DNA from: an uncultured Spirochaetota bacterium
GTDB taxonomy: Bacteria; Spirochaetota; UBA4802; UBA5550
Assembly (NCBI GenBank): GCA_963827275.1
Contig: CAWHAA010000004.1
Span: 96,001-160,000 of the forward strand
Reading direction: 5' to 3'
DNA: 64,000 nt
Below, piece after piece: positions 28,314 to 40,594 of this stretch (positions are counted from its first letter, which is position 1; each line of letters starts with the position of its first letter). A program made the position numbers and the translations under genes. A model generated the notes under the pieces. It made no database searches and had not been told where the DNA came from. It worked only from the letters and a program-made list of their open reading frames with translations.

Positions 28314-29528
28314 TTATATTATTTTTTTCTTTAATATAATACCCGTTGCCGCGAGCATTATGGCGCTCGTTGCCAGCAGCAGGGCGCATTCCGTGACGAT
28401 GTCAGCGATCCCGCCGTTCCTGAGCATGATGTCGAGGAAGCCCTCGAGCCCCCACGACAGGGGGGACATGACCGAGAGGTTCTGCATGGCCGCCGGCATG
28501 ACGAATTTCGGTACCATGATCCCGCCGATGGCGGAAAAGATTATTATGAGTATGACCCCGAGCGATCCCGCCATCTGGGTGTTTTTCGACACGGCGGAGA
28601 TCAGCAGCCCGTAGGAGATCGAATTGCACCCGACGCAGGAGGCGATCAGGAAGAGGCCGGCCGGGGAATCGCCGAACCGGATGATGTCGCCCCCGAGCAG
28701 GGGGACCAGGAAGCGGCCCACGCAGAGCATGCAGGCGACCTGTACCATGCTGATGAGGTAATATGAGATGAGCTTGCCGCCTATCAGGTAGCGGTTGCGT
28801 ATGTTGATGCTTCTCATGCGCGCCAGAGTGCCGTTGTTCTTTTCCGTGTGAAATATGAGCGAGATCGGCATCACGATAAAGTACATTGAAAAGACGAGCC
28901 ATGCGGGCACGCTCTGCTGCGCCGCGTTCGGCATCACGGGATCGCGCCTGTTTTTCAGGACATACCGTGTGCCGACCATGGTGTCAGGCGGCGGCATGAA
29001 GTTTTCTTTTGATATCCCGACATATGACATGAGCGCGCCGTTTTTGTCAAAGAAGGCGTGCGTCCGCTGCTTCAAAAATTCCATGGCCAGCTGGTTCCTG
29101 ACCCCCATCTGGATTGAGGCCTGGATCGCCGGCTCGATATACATGGTCATCGGCGGCGTCCGGGGCGTTTTGTTGATATCCCTGAATGAAGCGGAAAAGT
29201 CCCTGTTGATGACGAGGCCGAAATTATAATCGCCTTTCAGTATGCTGCCCGTGAGCCCGTCGATCGACCGGCCGGTTTTTGCTTCACTTATTGAAATATT
29301 GTCCGCCTGTTTCAGGCTGGTGAAAAAACGTCTCGACTCGGGGCTGTCGTCGAGGTCGGCGGCGATGATCGCGATTTTGAATTCGGAGCCGGGCTGAAAC
29401 AGGGCCTGCATCGACAGCGACATCACCAGGATGAAGGTCGCCGGCATCAGGATGAGCAGAAAAAGCGATTGTACGTCCCGCGTGATCTCCAGGACCTCTT
29501 TTTTTATGATGCCGGCGAGCAGCTTCAT
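28314..29528 (-). CDS. ABC-2 type exporter permease
   Basis: IIKKE..EI.RD, periplasmic loop, EK..GTL.R, C-terminal TM helices. Confidence 0.88.
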   Translation of the reverse strand: MKLLAGIIKKEVLEITRDVQSLFLLILMPATFILVMSLSMQALFQPGSEFKIAIIAADLDDSPESRRFFTSLKQADNISISEAKTGRSIDGLTGSILKGDYNFGLVINRDFSASFRDINKTPRTPPMTMYIEPAIQASIQMGVRNQLAMEFLKQRTHAFFDKNGALMSYVGISKENFMPPPDTMVGTRYVLKNRRDPVMPNAAQQSVPAWLVFSMYFIVMPISLIFHTEKNNGTLARMRSINIRNRYLIGGKLISYYLISMVQVACMLCVGRFLVPLLGGDIIRFGDSPAGLFLIASCVGCNSISYGLLISAVSKNTQMAGSLGVILIIIFSAIGGIMVPKFVMPAAMQNLSVMSPLSWGLEGFLDIMLRNGGIADIVTECALLLATSAIMLAATGIILKKKII

Positions 29529-30448
29529 TCGGCGTCCCTCAGCTCTTTGCTTGTCAGGCGCAGGTAGAGCTCTTCAAGCCGGTTGGTATTGAACTGCATG
29601 TTCAGTATGCCGGCGCCGTTGTCACGCAGTATCGACGTGACCAGTATGATGTTTGAATAGAGCAGGTCGTCCTTCTCGATAAATATAACGCCCGCCTCGC
29701 AGGTGACGCCCGGCAGGTTGTTCAGTGCTTCCGCCGCGGCTGGGCCGGTTGGACCGGCATGCACCATGAGGGCGTCGCGCGAGGAGAGGATGTTCTGTTT
29801 CCTGTCGCTCAGGATGATCTTCCCCCGGTCGATAATGACGATGTCGTCGGATATCTGCTCGATCTCGCTGATGTAGTGGGAGGTATAGACGATGGTCGTG
29901 TGCTGCTCGGCGTTTATCCTCCGTATCGTGTCGAGCATGTAGTGCCGGGAATGGGCGTCCACCCCCACGGTCGGCTCGTCGAGGTAGAGTATCTTCGGCT
30001 CGTTCAGCAGCCCGATCGCGAGGTTCAGCCGCCGCTGCATCCCGCCCGAGTATTTTCCCGCGCGCTTGCCGATGAAGGAGTGCAGGGACGCCGCCTCTAT
30101 TGAAAAATCGATCCTCTCCTTCAGGCGTTTCCCCCTGAGGCCGTACAGGGTGCCGAAGTATTCGAGGTTCTCATAGGCGGTGAGCAGGGGATACAGGGCC
30201 AGCGTCTGGGGGACGATCCCGGTGATCGATTTTATCTCATCCGGATTTTTGTCCAGGTCCAGGCCCTGCACGAGCACGCGGCCGCCCTCTTTTTTCAATA
30301 TGCCGGTCAGGATTGACACCAGGGTCGTCTTGCCCGCCCCATTGGGGCCGAGCAGGCCCGTCACGGAACCCTCCCTGATGTCCAGGTCAATACGGTCCAG
30401 CGCGGTGATGTCATCGTAGGATTTGAAAAGCTTTCGTATCTGTATCAT
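29525..30448 (-). CDS. ABC exporter ATP-binding protein
   Basis: GPNGAGKT, YSGGM, LDEPT and TSH motifs. Confidence 0.93.
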   Translation of the reverse strand: MIQIRKLFKSYDDITALDRIDLDIREGSVTGLLGPNGAGKTTLVSILTGILKKEGGRVLVQGLDLDKNPDEIKSITGIVPQTLALYPLLTAYENLEYFGTLYGLRGKRLKERIDFSIEAASLHSFIGKRAGKYSGGMQRRLNLAIGLLNEPKILYLDEPTVGVDAHSRHYMLDTIRRINAEQHTTIVYTSHYISEIEQISDDIVIIDRGKIILSDRKQNILSSRDALMVHAGPTGPAAAEALNNLPGVTCEAGVIFIEKDDLLYSNIILVTSILRDNGAGILNMQFNTNRLEELYLRLTSKELRDAE

Positions 30449-30751
30449 GAAGTGGTTTTTTTAGCTTGGACCTATCATTAATGGAGTTTGGTAAAACTGT
30501 CAACTTATTTACGGGGGGAGTGTCCGGCAGTCATGCCGGGAGAATCGCGCCGCACCATTAATTATATAGGAAAATACACTCTCATGGGCTGCGGCCTATG
30601 CGACTGAATGAGCTTTATCTGAAGTTGCTCCCTCTCAAATTAAGCTTCCTCCAGCAGAAAAAATTCGCCGTACAACGGATAAAGCCACCCGTCCGTTAAT
30701 TGATAAAGACAGGTTGTCTGGGTGAGAGGTGTTATTTCTGTTTGAGAAAAG

Positions 30752-31234
30752 CTATCGTGAATCCCGCCTGGCCTGATCTCTTCTGTTACGGGAGGATATG
30801 TGCCCTTTTATTCCCGCGGGGATGCCGGTCTTTTTTGGTTTAACCGGAGTCGTCGGAAGATTTTCCGTCCTGGATATTTTTGACGTTCTTTTTATGTCTG
30901 ATTTTGACTTTTTGAGAATATTCACAAGCGTTAATGCTTTTTTTCTCGTCGCTTCACGTTCAAGTACGCGCTGTCTGTTTTTAAAGGACGTACGAACCTC
31001 GGCAAACAGCCCGGCTTTTTCCGTTGACCGTACGGCCGCTTCACGGTCGTTGGCCACGCGTTTTTGTTTTCTGGAAAGATCCATCCATTTTTTTGCGAGC
31101 CGGTCTGCTGCAGCGGCCTTGGTTTTAATCCGTGCCAGTGAAAACGAGCTAATTTTTCCGGGTAGGCTTTCCTGCACGAGCTTCCATTCTGGGACCGAGC
31201 AGATTGCTTTGAATTTTTTATCTTGGTTATTCAT
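30752..31234 (-). CDS. Basic hypothetical protein
   Basis: About 160 aa, K/R-rich, starting MNNQDKK; GGAAGG RBS; promoter upstream. Confidence 0.6.
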   Translation of the reverse strand: MNNQDKKFKAICSVPEWKLVQESLPGKISSFSLARIKTKAAAADRLAKKWMDLSRKQKRVANDREAAVRSTEKAGLFAEVRTSFKNRQRVLEREATRKKALTLVNILKKSKSDIKRTSKISRTENLPTTPVKPKKTGIPAGIKGHISSRNRRDQARRDSR

Positions 31235-31316
31235 GGCTACACCTTCCGTGCGAATGTATTTCCGCTTATAAAAAATATCGAACGTTAAAGGAGCGCACCG
31301 TCTTTTCCATGGTTTG

Positions 31317-31345
31317 AATTTATCATAAAACCATCTCACTGTCAA
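31317..31345 (-). promoter_or_regulatory. Sigma70-type promoter
   Basis: Minus strand TTGACA, 17-bp spacer, TAAATT with extended -10 TG. Confidence 0.5.
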
Positions 31346-31423
31346 GCGCCGTTTCTAAACGGCAATAATATAAGTGCTTTGACCATATAGGAATCGATAA
31401 ATTCTGAAGTCGGTAGTGATCTT

Positions 31424-33790
31424 TTACTTCCAGAGTGTCCACGACGCGCCGAAGGCCTCCTCGCACCTGCGGCACGCGAGCGCGAGCCCCCGCACCAGGT
31501 GCGCCCGGAGCTCCCCCGCCGAGGGGATGGTCCAGTCGACGAGGCCGGAATCGATCCCGTCGCGGAAGGCGCGCGCCTTTTCGATGTAAGCGTCGGCAAA
31601 TCCGCTGCGCAGCTCTTCCGCGCGTTCCGGTTCGCCCCGGTCCACCAGCCGGGCATACTTCTTTCCGTAGAGGAGGTCGAAGGCGGCATCGACGCCGATG
31701 ACCGCCATGATCGCTTGTTCCAGCGCGAGGTAGACGATGCCGGGCCGCAGGAACTTGTTGAACGCGTGGATCAGGCGCCCGCCGTAGTTCTGGTTCAGCA
31801 CCACGCTCACCACCGGGATGGTGCCGAGCACGTTCGCGTCCAGCGACTCGGCGCCTATGGCCTGGATCCGGAAGCGCTCCTGCTGGGAGCCGGGCACGAA
31901 CCCGGATGAATTTGAAAGCATCACGAGCGGTATCCGCGCGCGGTTCAGGAACTCGGTGAAGACGCGGAACTTCTCCGTGCCGAAGGCGTCGGCGCCGCCG
32001 CCCTTGAGGAGGGGCTGGTCGGCGATGACACCCACGGTATGCCCCTCCAGGGCCGCCAGCCCGGTTATCAGCGTGGGCCCGGTGATGGGATTGTTCATGT
32101 CGCGGAAGAACTCCAGGAACGAGCCGTCGTCGAATACGCGGGTTATCACCGACGCCACCATGTCATAGGGCTCGGCCGCTCTTTCCGGAATTGACGGCGC
32201 GGCCGCCGGGGGGCTGAAGGCGGCCGGGGCCTCGAGGGGATCGATCATGGCGATGATCCGGCAGGCCAGGTCGAAGGCCTCATCGAACGAGTCCGCGAGA
32301 AAGGTCGCGTTGTTTTCAATGAAGCGCATGTCGGCCGCTGATTCAGTCCTGCTTAAAATGAAGATCAGCGCGTCAGCCGCGCTGTTCAGGTCCGGGGCCT
32401 TCAGGCCGTCGGGATGGGTGATCATGTGGACCGTCGTTCCCCCGCCGTTCATGAGCGCGCCGATGAAGTCGATCCGCGGGCGCATCTGCACGTTTTCATG
32501 GAAGTCGGGCGTCTGCAGGAACTTCCTTCCGAAGATGAGTATGCGGTGGGAACCGGTGCGCTGCGCGGTCCTCAGGAGCTCCCGGGCCTTGATGACGGAC
32601 GCGAGCGAGCGAAGGCCGGAGTGGGTGCGCGGGCCCATGACGAGGACGCGGCGCCCGCCGATGCGGGCGAAGCCGCCGATGAGCGCTTCCGCCGCGTAGT
32701 AGTTTTCCTTGAAGGGGCAGAAGAGGCCGTCGTCCACGTTTTGCCTGACCGTCGACTCGCTGAACACAATTGATCCGCCCGCTTTTTCAGGGGCCGGGGG
32801 CAGGCGCCGCGCGCGCTGTATGGACGGGAGCTGTTTCCCGGTCCGGAAGACGCCCTGTATCAGCCTGACCGAGCGCACGAGGTGGATCTTGTCGCAGGCG
32901 ACGATATCGACAATGCCGGTCCAGGCGCCCAGGATCTTTGCCCCGCCGATGTCGTAGTTCGAGATCTCCTCCCCGATGACGGTCTGGATGACTTTCGAGC
33001 CGGTCAGGACGCGGTACGATTCCTCGGAATCGAGGAGCACCTGGATGGATGCCTGGCTCGACCCGTACACGTCGAGGCCGGCTGACGAGCCGATCCCGAC
33101 CGCGGTGAGCTGGAACGACCGGTGCCTCCGGTCAAGCGAATCATATGAAAGGCCGAAGCCGGCGTTGAGCTCCCCGAACAGTTTCCCGAGCTCCGGGTCG
33201 GCCGTGTGCTCAACGTAGGAGCGGAACGTCGCGCTGCCGGCCCTCCCGGTAAGCAGGGCGTTCATCATGAAGCCCTCCGCGCCCCGGTTCAGGGAGATGA
33301 CCCCTTCCATGATGTTGGCGCCGGCGCTGTCGTTCCACACGTACAGGGGCCAATCGCTCAGGTACGAGAGGTACGCCGCCGCGATGTACTTGAGGCCCTC
33401 GCGGCTCCCCGTGGAGCCGCCGCTCACCCGCGAGTCCTTCATGTAAAAGCAGGCGGGAGCGCCCCCGACGGTGCCGTAGAAGATCTTCGCCCCGACCGGC
33501 CGGGTGATGATGCGGAGCTCGCTGGCCTGGGCCACGTCCGTCTCATCGATCGACGGAACGCGGATCTCCTTCATTGAGCCGGGGTCAAAGCATTCTTCCG
33601 CCCATGCCTCGATGGGCCATTTGCCCGCGTCGAGGAGACGCTGGGTCGCAATGCTCGCCTCTTCCCCGGCGTGGTAGGGGTTTCTCCGGTCCGAGGGGAG
33701 GAGGTATTCAATGACGGTGGCGTCGTTGTTACGATAGATCAGTATGCCGCGTTCCCCTGCGCGTCGCGGCAAAGGGCGGCCTGATGTCAA
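31424..33790 (-). CDS. Carboxyltransferase (N-CT + C-CT) portion of a single-chain acyl-CoA carboxylase
   Basis: DSRVSGGS, NDSAGANIMEG, GVIADQP, SGFVPGSQQE and NYGG motifs. No good start of its own; overlaps the upstream ORF in another frame. Confidence 0.82.
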   Translation of the reverse strand: MTSGRPLPRRAGERGILIYRNNDATVIEYLLPSDRRNPYHAGEEASIATQRLLDAGKWPIEAWAEECFDPGSMKEIRVPSIDETDVAQASELRIITRPVGAKIFYGTVGGAPACFYMKDSRVSGGSTGSREGLKYIAAAYLSYLSDWPLYVWNDSAGANIMEGVISLNRGAEGFMMNALLTGRAGSATFRSYVEHTADPELGKLFGELNAGFGLSYDSLDRRHRSFQLTAVGIGSSAGLDVYGSSQASIQVLLDSEESYRVLTGSKVIQTVIGEEISNYDIGGAKILGAWTGIVDIVACDKIHLVRSVRLIQGVFRTGKQLPSIQRARRLPPAPEKAGGSIVFSESTVRQNVDDGLFCPFKENYYAAEALIGGFARIGGRRVLVMGPRTHSGLRSLASVIKARELLRTAQRTGSHRILIFGRKFLQTPDFHENVQMRPRIDFIGALMNGGGTTVHMITHPDGLKAPDLNSAADALIFILSRTESAADMRFIENNATFLADSFDEAFDLACRIIAMIDPLEAPAAFSPPAAAPSIPERAAEPYDMVASVITRVFDDGSFLEFFRDMNNPITGPTLITGLAALEGHTVGVIADQPLLKGGGADAFGTEKFRVFTEFLNRARIPLVMLSNSSGFVPGSQQERFRIQAIGAESLDANVLGTIPVVSVVLNQNYGGRLIHAFNKFLRPGIVYLALEQAIMAVIGVDAAFDLLYGKKYARLVDRGEPERAEELRSGFADAYIEKARAFRDGIDSGLVDWTIPSAGELRAHLVRGLALACRRCEEAFGASWTLWK

Positions 33791-36700
33791 GGGTGGCGAT
33801 CAAGCTGAGCGGCTCCAGGTCATGCGCGCTGTCCAGGCAGGCCGCGCAGAGGCGCTTGAATTCGGCGTATGCAATGGCGCCGGTTTCGCCGGCAGGCTCC
33901 CACGAGAGGCCCAGCCCCACGGCCGTGACTTCGATCCAGCATTGGCCGCGCGCCCCGCAGTCCCGGTAGGCGCGCATGACGCGGGCGGCATCGGCAAAGG
34001 CGTCATCGATGCCCCGGCCGGCCCCTGTCCCGTCAGGAGGTCCCGCCGCCGAGACCGCGAGGTATGAACGCGCCGTGGGATCGTCCGGATGTTCGAGGAG
34101 CAGCATGATGACGCCGGCGATGGGCGAATAGAGGCGCCTGACCCGGTAGTTTTTCTCAAGCGCCGCCATGCGCTCCGGCGGGACGGAATCGTCCGGGCCG
34201 GCGGCCGGGTATTGCGCCCCCGTCCCGGCGCTGTCGAGCGATGCCGAGCACCGGCGCATCTCTTCGTTGCTGAATGCGCCTGGTCCCGGGGCGCCCGGGA
34301 CGGGGAGCGGCCCCGGGCCGTCATGGTCGCCTCCGCGGTAGGCGGAAAAACCGGTCTCCTCGAGGCGCGGGCGCAGGATCGTCTTGATGAATTTCAGGAG
34401 GGAATCGTCGCGCTCGGCCTGCTCCTGCTCCATCAGCCGGGCGAGGGTCGAAAGGGTTTCCTTTCCGGGCCGGCCGGCGCTGGCCACAATGCGCACGATT
34501 TTTTTTATGATATCGGTCTGCTCGAGGCAGAACTGGTATGCCCGCTTGAACAGGACGAAAATGTACTGGCGCGCGAGGGCGTTCATCTCGGATTTGCCGT
34601 CCCACCGGGGCAGGTCATATGATTCAAAGAGTGTTTTCAGGAGAAGGTCAAAGGGACGGAGCGAGGCCGCCGGGGGCCCCTGCCGGCCGGCAAGATACAG
34701 GTTCAGCTCTTCCTGGAACGAAAGGCCTTCGCCGGACACCACCGGAGAAAACAACTTCTTTATGTTCGTGTGATGTATGATGACAGAGTGAAGCAGGCGC
34801 ACGGCTTCGCCGGTCATGGCGCCGTCGTCGATCGCGGCGGGGATCTTCCTGACAGCCCGCTTCAGCGCCTCTATGATTGCGGGCTGATAGACGTATCCCC
34901 GCGCGGCGGCAAGGACCAGCTCGAGGAGTGTCTTGAAATGGGCCGACAGGTTCCCTGCCGCCTCGTCGGCGAATGTCTCGCTCATGAGCAGGTCGAGAAG
35001 CGACGCCGGGGAGGGTCCGCCGGCGCTCCGGGCAGTTCCCTCCGGGGCCGGGGCTTCCGCGCCGGGGGCCTCTTCGGTTTCAATGACCGCGAGGAGCTCG
35101 TTCTCCTGGATGCTCCTCCCGACGGTGCGTCCGCCGGCGGTCCGGGTGGTCTTCAGGCTGGAGGCGTCCCCGTCCCCGATCAGGTACGTAATGCGCCCCG
35201 ATTCGGGCGCGACTATGGTGTTCTCCATTTTCATGGAGGAGAGGATCATGATCGGCTCGCCCGCCGTCACCGCATCGCCGGGGCGCAGCTCGCGGCAGAA
35301 GGAGACGAAGGCCCCCTGAAAGGGCGAGGTGACGTTGCGGACATTCCGCGCTTCGGAGAATTGTTCGGAAACCACCGTGACACGGTAGTAGCGGACCTTG
35401 TTGGACTCGTCCTTCATCCTGAGGTCCATGTAGCCGGTGTGGCGGTTTACCCTGACCCGGAACGAGCTCGACCCGAAGATCAGCAGGAAGTCGTCGCAGC
35501 GGTCGTTCATGGCGGTGAGGATGATGGCGCCGTTGTAGGCGCCCCTGACGAAGCAGTAAAACGTGTCGATCGCGGTCTGGATGAATTCGACCTGGTGGCG
35601 CTGCCCCCGGTATTCGATCGTGTACCGGCTGGGGATGTCGGACGCGGCGGGCGCGTCGATGATGCCCCCCATGCCGGCGATGACGCTGAAGCCGTTGACC
35701 GCTTCCCTGAGGAGGCGAAGGTGCTCGGTGAAGGCCCCGAAGATCACGTGCTTCAGCGCACGGCGGTCGCTTGCCGCCGGCTTCCCGGCGTCCGGCTCCC
35801 TGAAGTTGAGCTCGGCGTTTTCGCGGAGGAGGTTGTTGGTGTAGTCGCCGCGCGCGAATACCGGGTGCCGCACGATCATGAGCAGCTGGCTGATGTTTGT
35901 CTTGACCCCGCTGATATAGAGCTCCTGGAGCGCCCGCTCGAGGCGGATGATCGCCTCCTTCCGCGTCGCGCCGTGGGCGATCAGCTTCCCGATCATCGGG
36001 TCGTACATGGGGAGTATGGCGTCACCCTCCATGAAGCCGAAATCGCACCGGATGCCGTTGAAGGTGGGCAGGTCCATCTCAATGATCGTGCCGGGCGAGG
36101 GGAGGTAATCGTTTTCCGGTTCCTCGGCGTAGATGCGGCATTCGATCGAGTGGTCGTTCTCGGCAATGCGGCCTTTCAGCGTTTCGAGGCCGATGATCTC
36201 CGCTTCGCGCCCGTCGAAGTAGAGGATCTGCCACTTCGCGATGTCGATGCCGAGGGACTGGTCCGTGACCGCGTATTCGACCTGGAGGCGCGTGTTCATC
36301 TCCATGAACCCGATCTTCCCCGTTTCGGTGTCGATGAGGAATTCCACCGTGCCGGCCCCGCCGCCGGCGTAGCCGGACAGGTGCGCTATCTTTTCGGCAG
36401 CGGCCAGGAGCTCGAGGGCCAGGTAGTTGTCGAGAAAGGCGTGCCCGCTCTCCTCGATGATCTTCTGGTGCCGTCGCTGCACGGCGCATTTTCGTAACCC
36501 GATGGCCCAGCCGTTGAATATCTGGACCTCTATGTGGACCGGCTTTTCCAGGTATTTTTCCAGGTAGAACGACGGGTCGCGGTACAGCTCCTCGCCGATG
36601 CGCGCGGCGGACGCGACGGCGCGCGCAAGCTCCGCTTCATCCGCCGCGGGGTAGACCCCCTTGCCCCCGCCCCCGGCGCAGAGCTTCACCATGACGGGGT

Positions 36701-37292
36701 AGCCGATCCGGGCGGCCTCGCGGCGCGCCGCGGCCGCATCATCGCCGGCGATGCCCTCCGAGCTTTCGAAGAGGGGGACGCCGTGCCGGCGCGCCAGGAG
36801 GCGCGCGTTCATCTTGTCCCCCACCAGGCGCATGGTGTCGTGGCGGGGGCCCATGAAGAGGACCCCCTCTCCCCCGGGGCCCTTCATGGACTCAAGTGCT
36901 TCCACGAAATCGACGTTCTCCGACAGGAAGCCGTACCCGGAATAGACCGCGTTCGCCCTGGAGAGGAGCGTTGCGGCGATGATGAAGGGGATGCTCGCGT
37001 AGTTTTCATGGTCGCCGATGAAGACCACCTCGTCGGCGAATTCATACCAGGACTGGCCGCGGTCGGGATCGGTGACCACCGCGACCGAGGGGATCCCTTC
37101 CTCGTGGAGGGCAAGGAAAAATCGCTTGGCGATCTCGCCGCGGTTTGCGACCAGCACCTTCTGGAGCCGGTGCCGCCGCGGTCCTGATGCGGGGCGGCCG
37201 TCCGTTTTTCGGCTCCCGGCAATGCTCGGGTTCAGCCCGTGGAGGACCTTCAGCGATGCGTCGATTTCGTTCTGTATTACGTCGTATTCCAT
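33729..37292 (-). CDS. Biotin carboxylase + BCCP + central region of a single-chain acyl-CoA carboxylase
   Basis: VANRGEIA, GYGFLSEN, GGGGKG, QRRHQK, EMNTRLQVE, YDPMIGK; biotinyl motif SMKM; long C-terminal helical region. Confidence 0.9.
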   Translation of the reverse strand: MEYDVIQNEIDASLKVLHGLNPSIAGSRKTDGRPASGPRRHRLQKVLVANRGEIAKRFFLALHEEGIPSVAVVTDPDRGQSWYEFADEVVFIGDHENYASIPFIIAATLLSRANAVYSGYGFLSENVDFVEALESMKGPGGEGVLFMGPRHDTMRLVGDKMNARLLARRHGVPLFESSEGIAGDDAAAARREAARIGYPVMVKLCAGGGGKGVYPAADEAELARAVASAARIGEELYRDPSFYLEKYLEKPVHIEVQIFNGWAIGLRKCAVQRRHQKIIEESGHAFLDNYLALELLAAAEKIAHLSGYAGGGAGTVEFLIDTETGKIGFMEMNTRLQVEYAVTDQSLGIDIAKWQILYFDGREAEIIGLETLKGRIAENDHSIECRIYAEEPENDYLPSPGTIIEMDLPTFNGIRCDFGFMEGDAILPMYDPMIGKLIAHGATRKEAIIRLERALQELYISGVKTNISQLLMIVRHPVFARGDYTNNLLRENAELNFREPDAGKPAASDRRALKHVIFGAFTEHLRLLREAVNGFSVIAGMGGIIDAPAASDIPSRYTIEYRGQRHQVEFIQTAIDTFYCFVRGAYNGAIILTAMNDRCDDFLLIFGSSSFRVRVNRHTGYMDLRMKDESNKVRYYRVTVVSEQFSEARNVRNVTSPFQGAFVSFCRELRPGDAVTAGEPIMILSSMKMENTIVAPESGRITYLIGDGDASSLKTTRTAGGRTVGRSIQENELLAVIETEEAPGAEAPAPEGTARSAGGPSPASLLDLLMSETFADEAAGNLSAHFKTLLELVLAAARGYVYQPAIIEALKRAVRKIPAAIDDGAMTGEAVRLLHSVIIHHTNIKKLFSPVVSGEGLSFQEELNLYLAGRQGPPAASLRPFDLLLKTLFESYDLPRWDGKSEMNALARQYIFVLFKRAYQFCLEQTDIIKKIVRIVASAGRPGKETLSTLARLMEQEQAERDDSLLKFIKTILRPRLEETGFSAYRGGDHDGPGPLPVPGAPGPGAFSNEEMRRCSASLDSAGTGAQYPAAGPDDSVPPERMAALEKNYRVRRLYSPIAGVIMLLLEHPDDPTARSYLAVSAAGPPDGTGAGRGIDDAFADAARVMRAYRDCGARGQCWIEVTAVGLGLSWEPAGETGAIAYAEFKRLCAACLDSAHDLEPLSLIATLDIRPPFAATRRGTRHTDLS

Positions 37293-37394
37293 GTGCGTCA
37301 GGGGCTATTATGGGTACAGGCTTGTTTTAAACTCAATACAATTTCCGGTTCGATCAGCAAATTCTTGCGGCGATCCGTCCCGCCGGGGGAGTAT

Positions 37395-37637
37395 TCACCG
37401 TTTCCTGCTGCCGCGCCGCCGGACCACGTAGGAGTAGAGGAATGCGAACGAGAGGATGAACAGGACAACGCCCCATGTGCGCGTCGCCTCGTGCTTTATC
37501 ATGTATATGCTGGCTATCACCACGGCAAGGATTATCAGTATGTTCAGCAGCCTGCGCAGGGCTTTTGAAAGGCGTTCGGCGCCGGTCTCCATGCCGCCTG
37601 TTGCCGCGTTAATGAGTTTGTCAATATTGATCTTCAT
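37395..37637 (-). CDS. Small two-TM membrane protein
   Basis: Two hydrophobic helices and a basic tail. Confidence 0.6.
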   Translation of the reverse strand: MKINIDKLINAATGGMETGAERLSKALRRLLNILIILAVVIASIYMIKHEATRTWGVVLFILSFAFLYSYVVRRRGSRKR

Positions 37638-37698
37638 CGTTTCCTGTTTATACCAGCCTGATGACAGGGATAGAACCATTGGCGCATATTTCAATAAC

Positions 37699-37730
37699 AA
37701 AAAAAAAGGGGGCGTAACGCCCCCTTTTTT
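37699..37730. terminator. Bidirectional intrinsic terminator downstream of hppA
   Basis: A9-GGGGGCG-TAA-CGCCCCC-T6. Confidence 0.9.
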
Positions 37731-37753
37731 GTAACTATATCAGAAAACCAGGA

Positions 37754-40111
<2,358 letters not shown>

Positions 40112-40594
40112 AGAATCACCTCTTATTGTAGAATTTTAGGTACCAAATTAAACTAAGCAATGAGCAATTAATGTGCGTATGGCCCACAGCTTGAATAATA
40201 TGCTATATAAAGGATGCGGCCGACCGGGACAACAGTTTATATACGGTCACATCTTAAAACAACTGCATTTTTGAGAGTATAGGGCTGTTTGTTCACAACA
40301 AGCCTTAATAAGGGAACTCCTTTGTTATTATTTTTGATGTTTCCCTGTTATTTTTCCATAAGCGAAAATAAACCGGTATTGTCAACAAATTTAACGGTAT
40401 AAGGCATAACCAAAAAGGGGGAAATTTATATTATTGATTTGACATGACCGGTGTTTTTAAAATTTTTGTAAGAGGCGCTTTCTGGTATAACGGTATGCGT
40501 CGCTGGCGGACGCGACCATGGTGGGTGGATGTTCTACGCTCAAAAAAAATGTGCCGGTATGCGTGATTTTTTATGTTTTTAAGGAGCGAATAGC

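Noticed and set aside
30449..30751. ncRNA or cobalamin riboswitch in the intergenic gap
   Set aside because: No recognisable B12-box or other consensus.
33729..33790. Programmed ribosomal frameshift in the carboxylase
   Set aside because: No slippery heptamer is visible; similar single indels at ~8530 and ~45760 favour sequencing error or mutation.
34770..36497. 575-aa plus-strand ORF (and similar long antisense ORFs such as 26839-28185 and 46724-47893)
   Set aside because: Shadow frames of GC-rich genes with no recognisable motifs.
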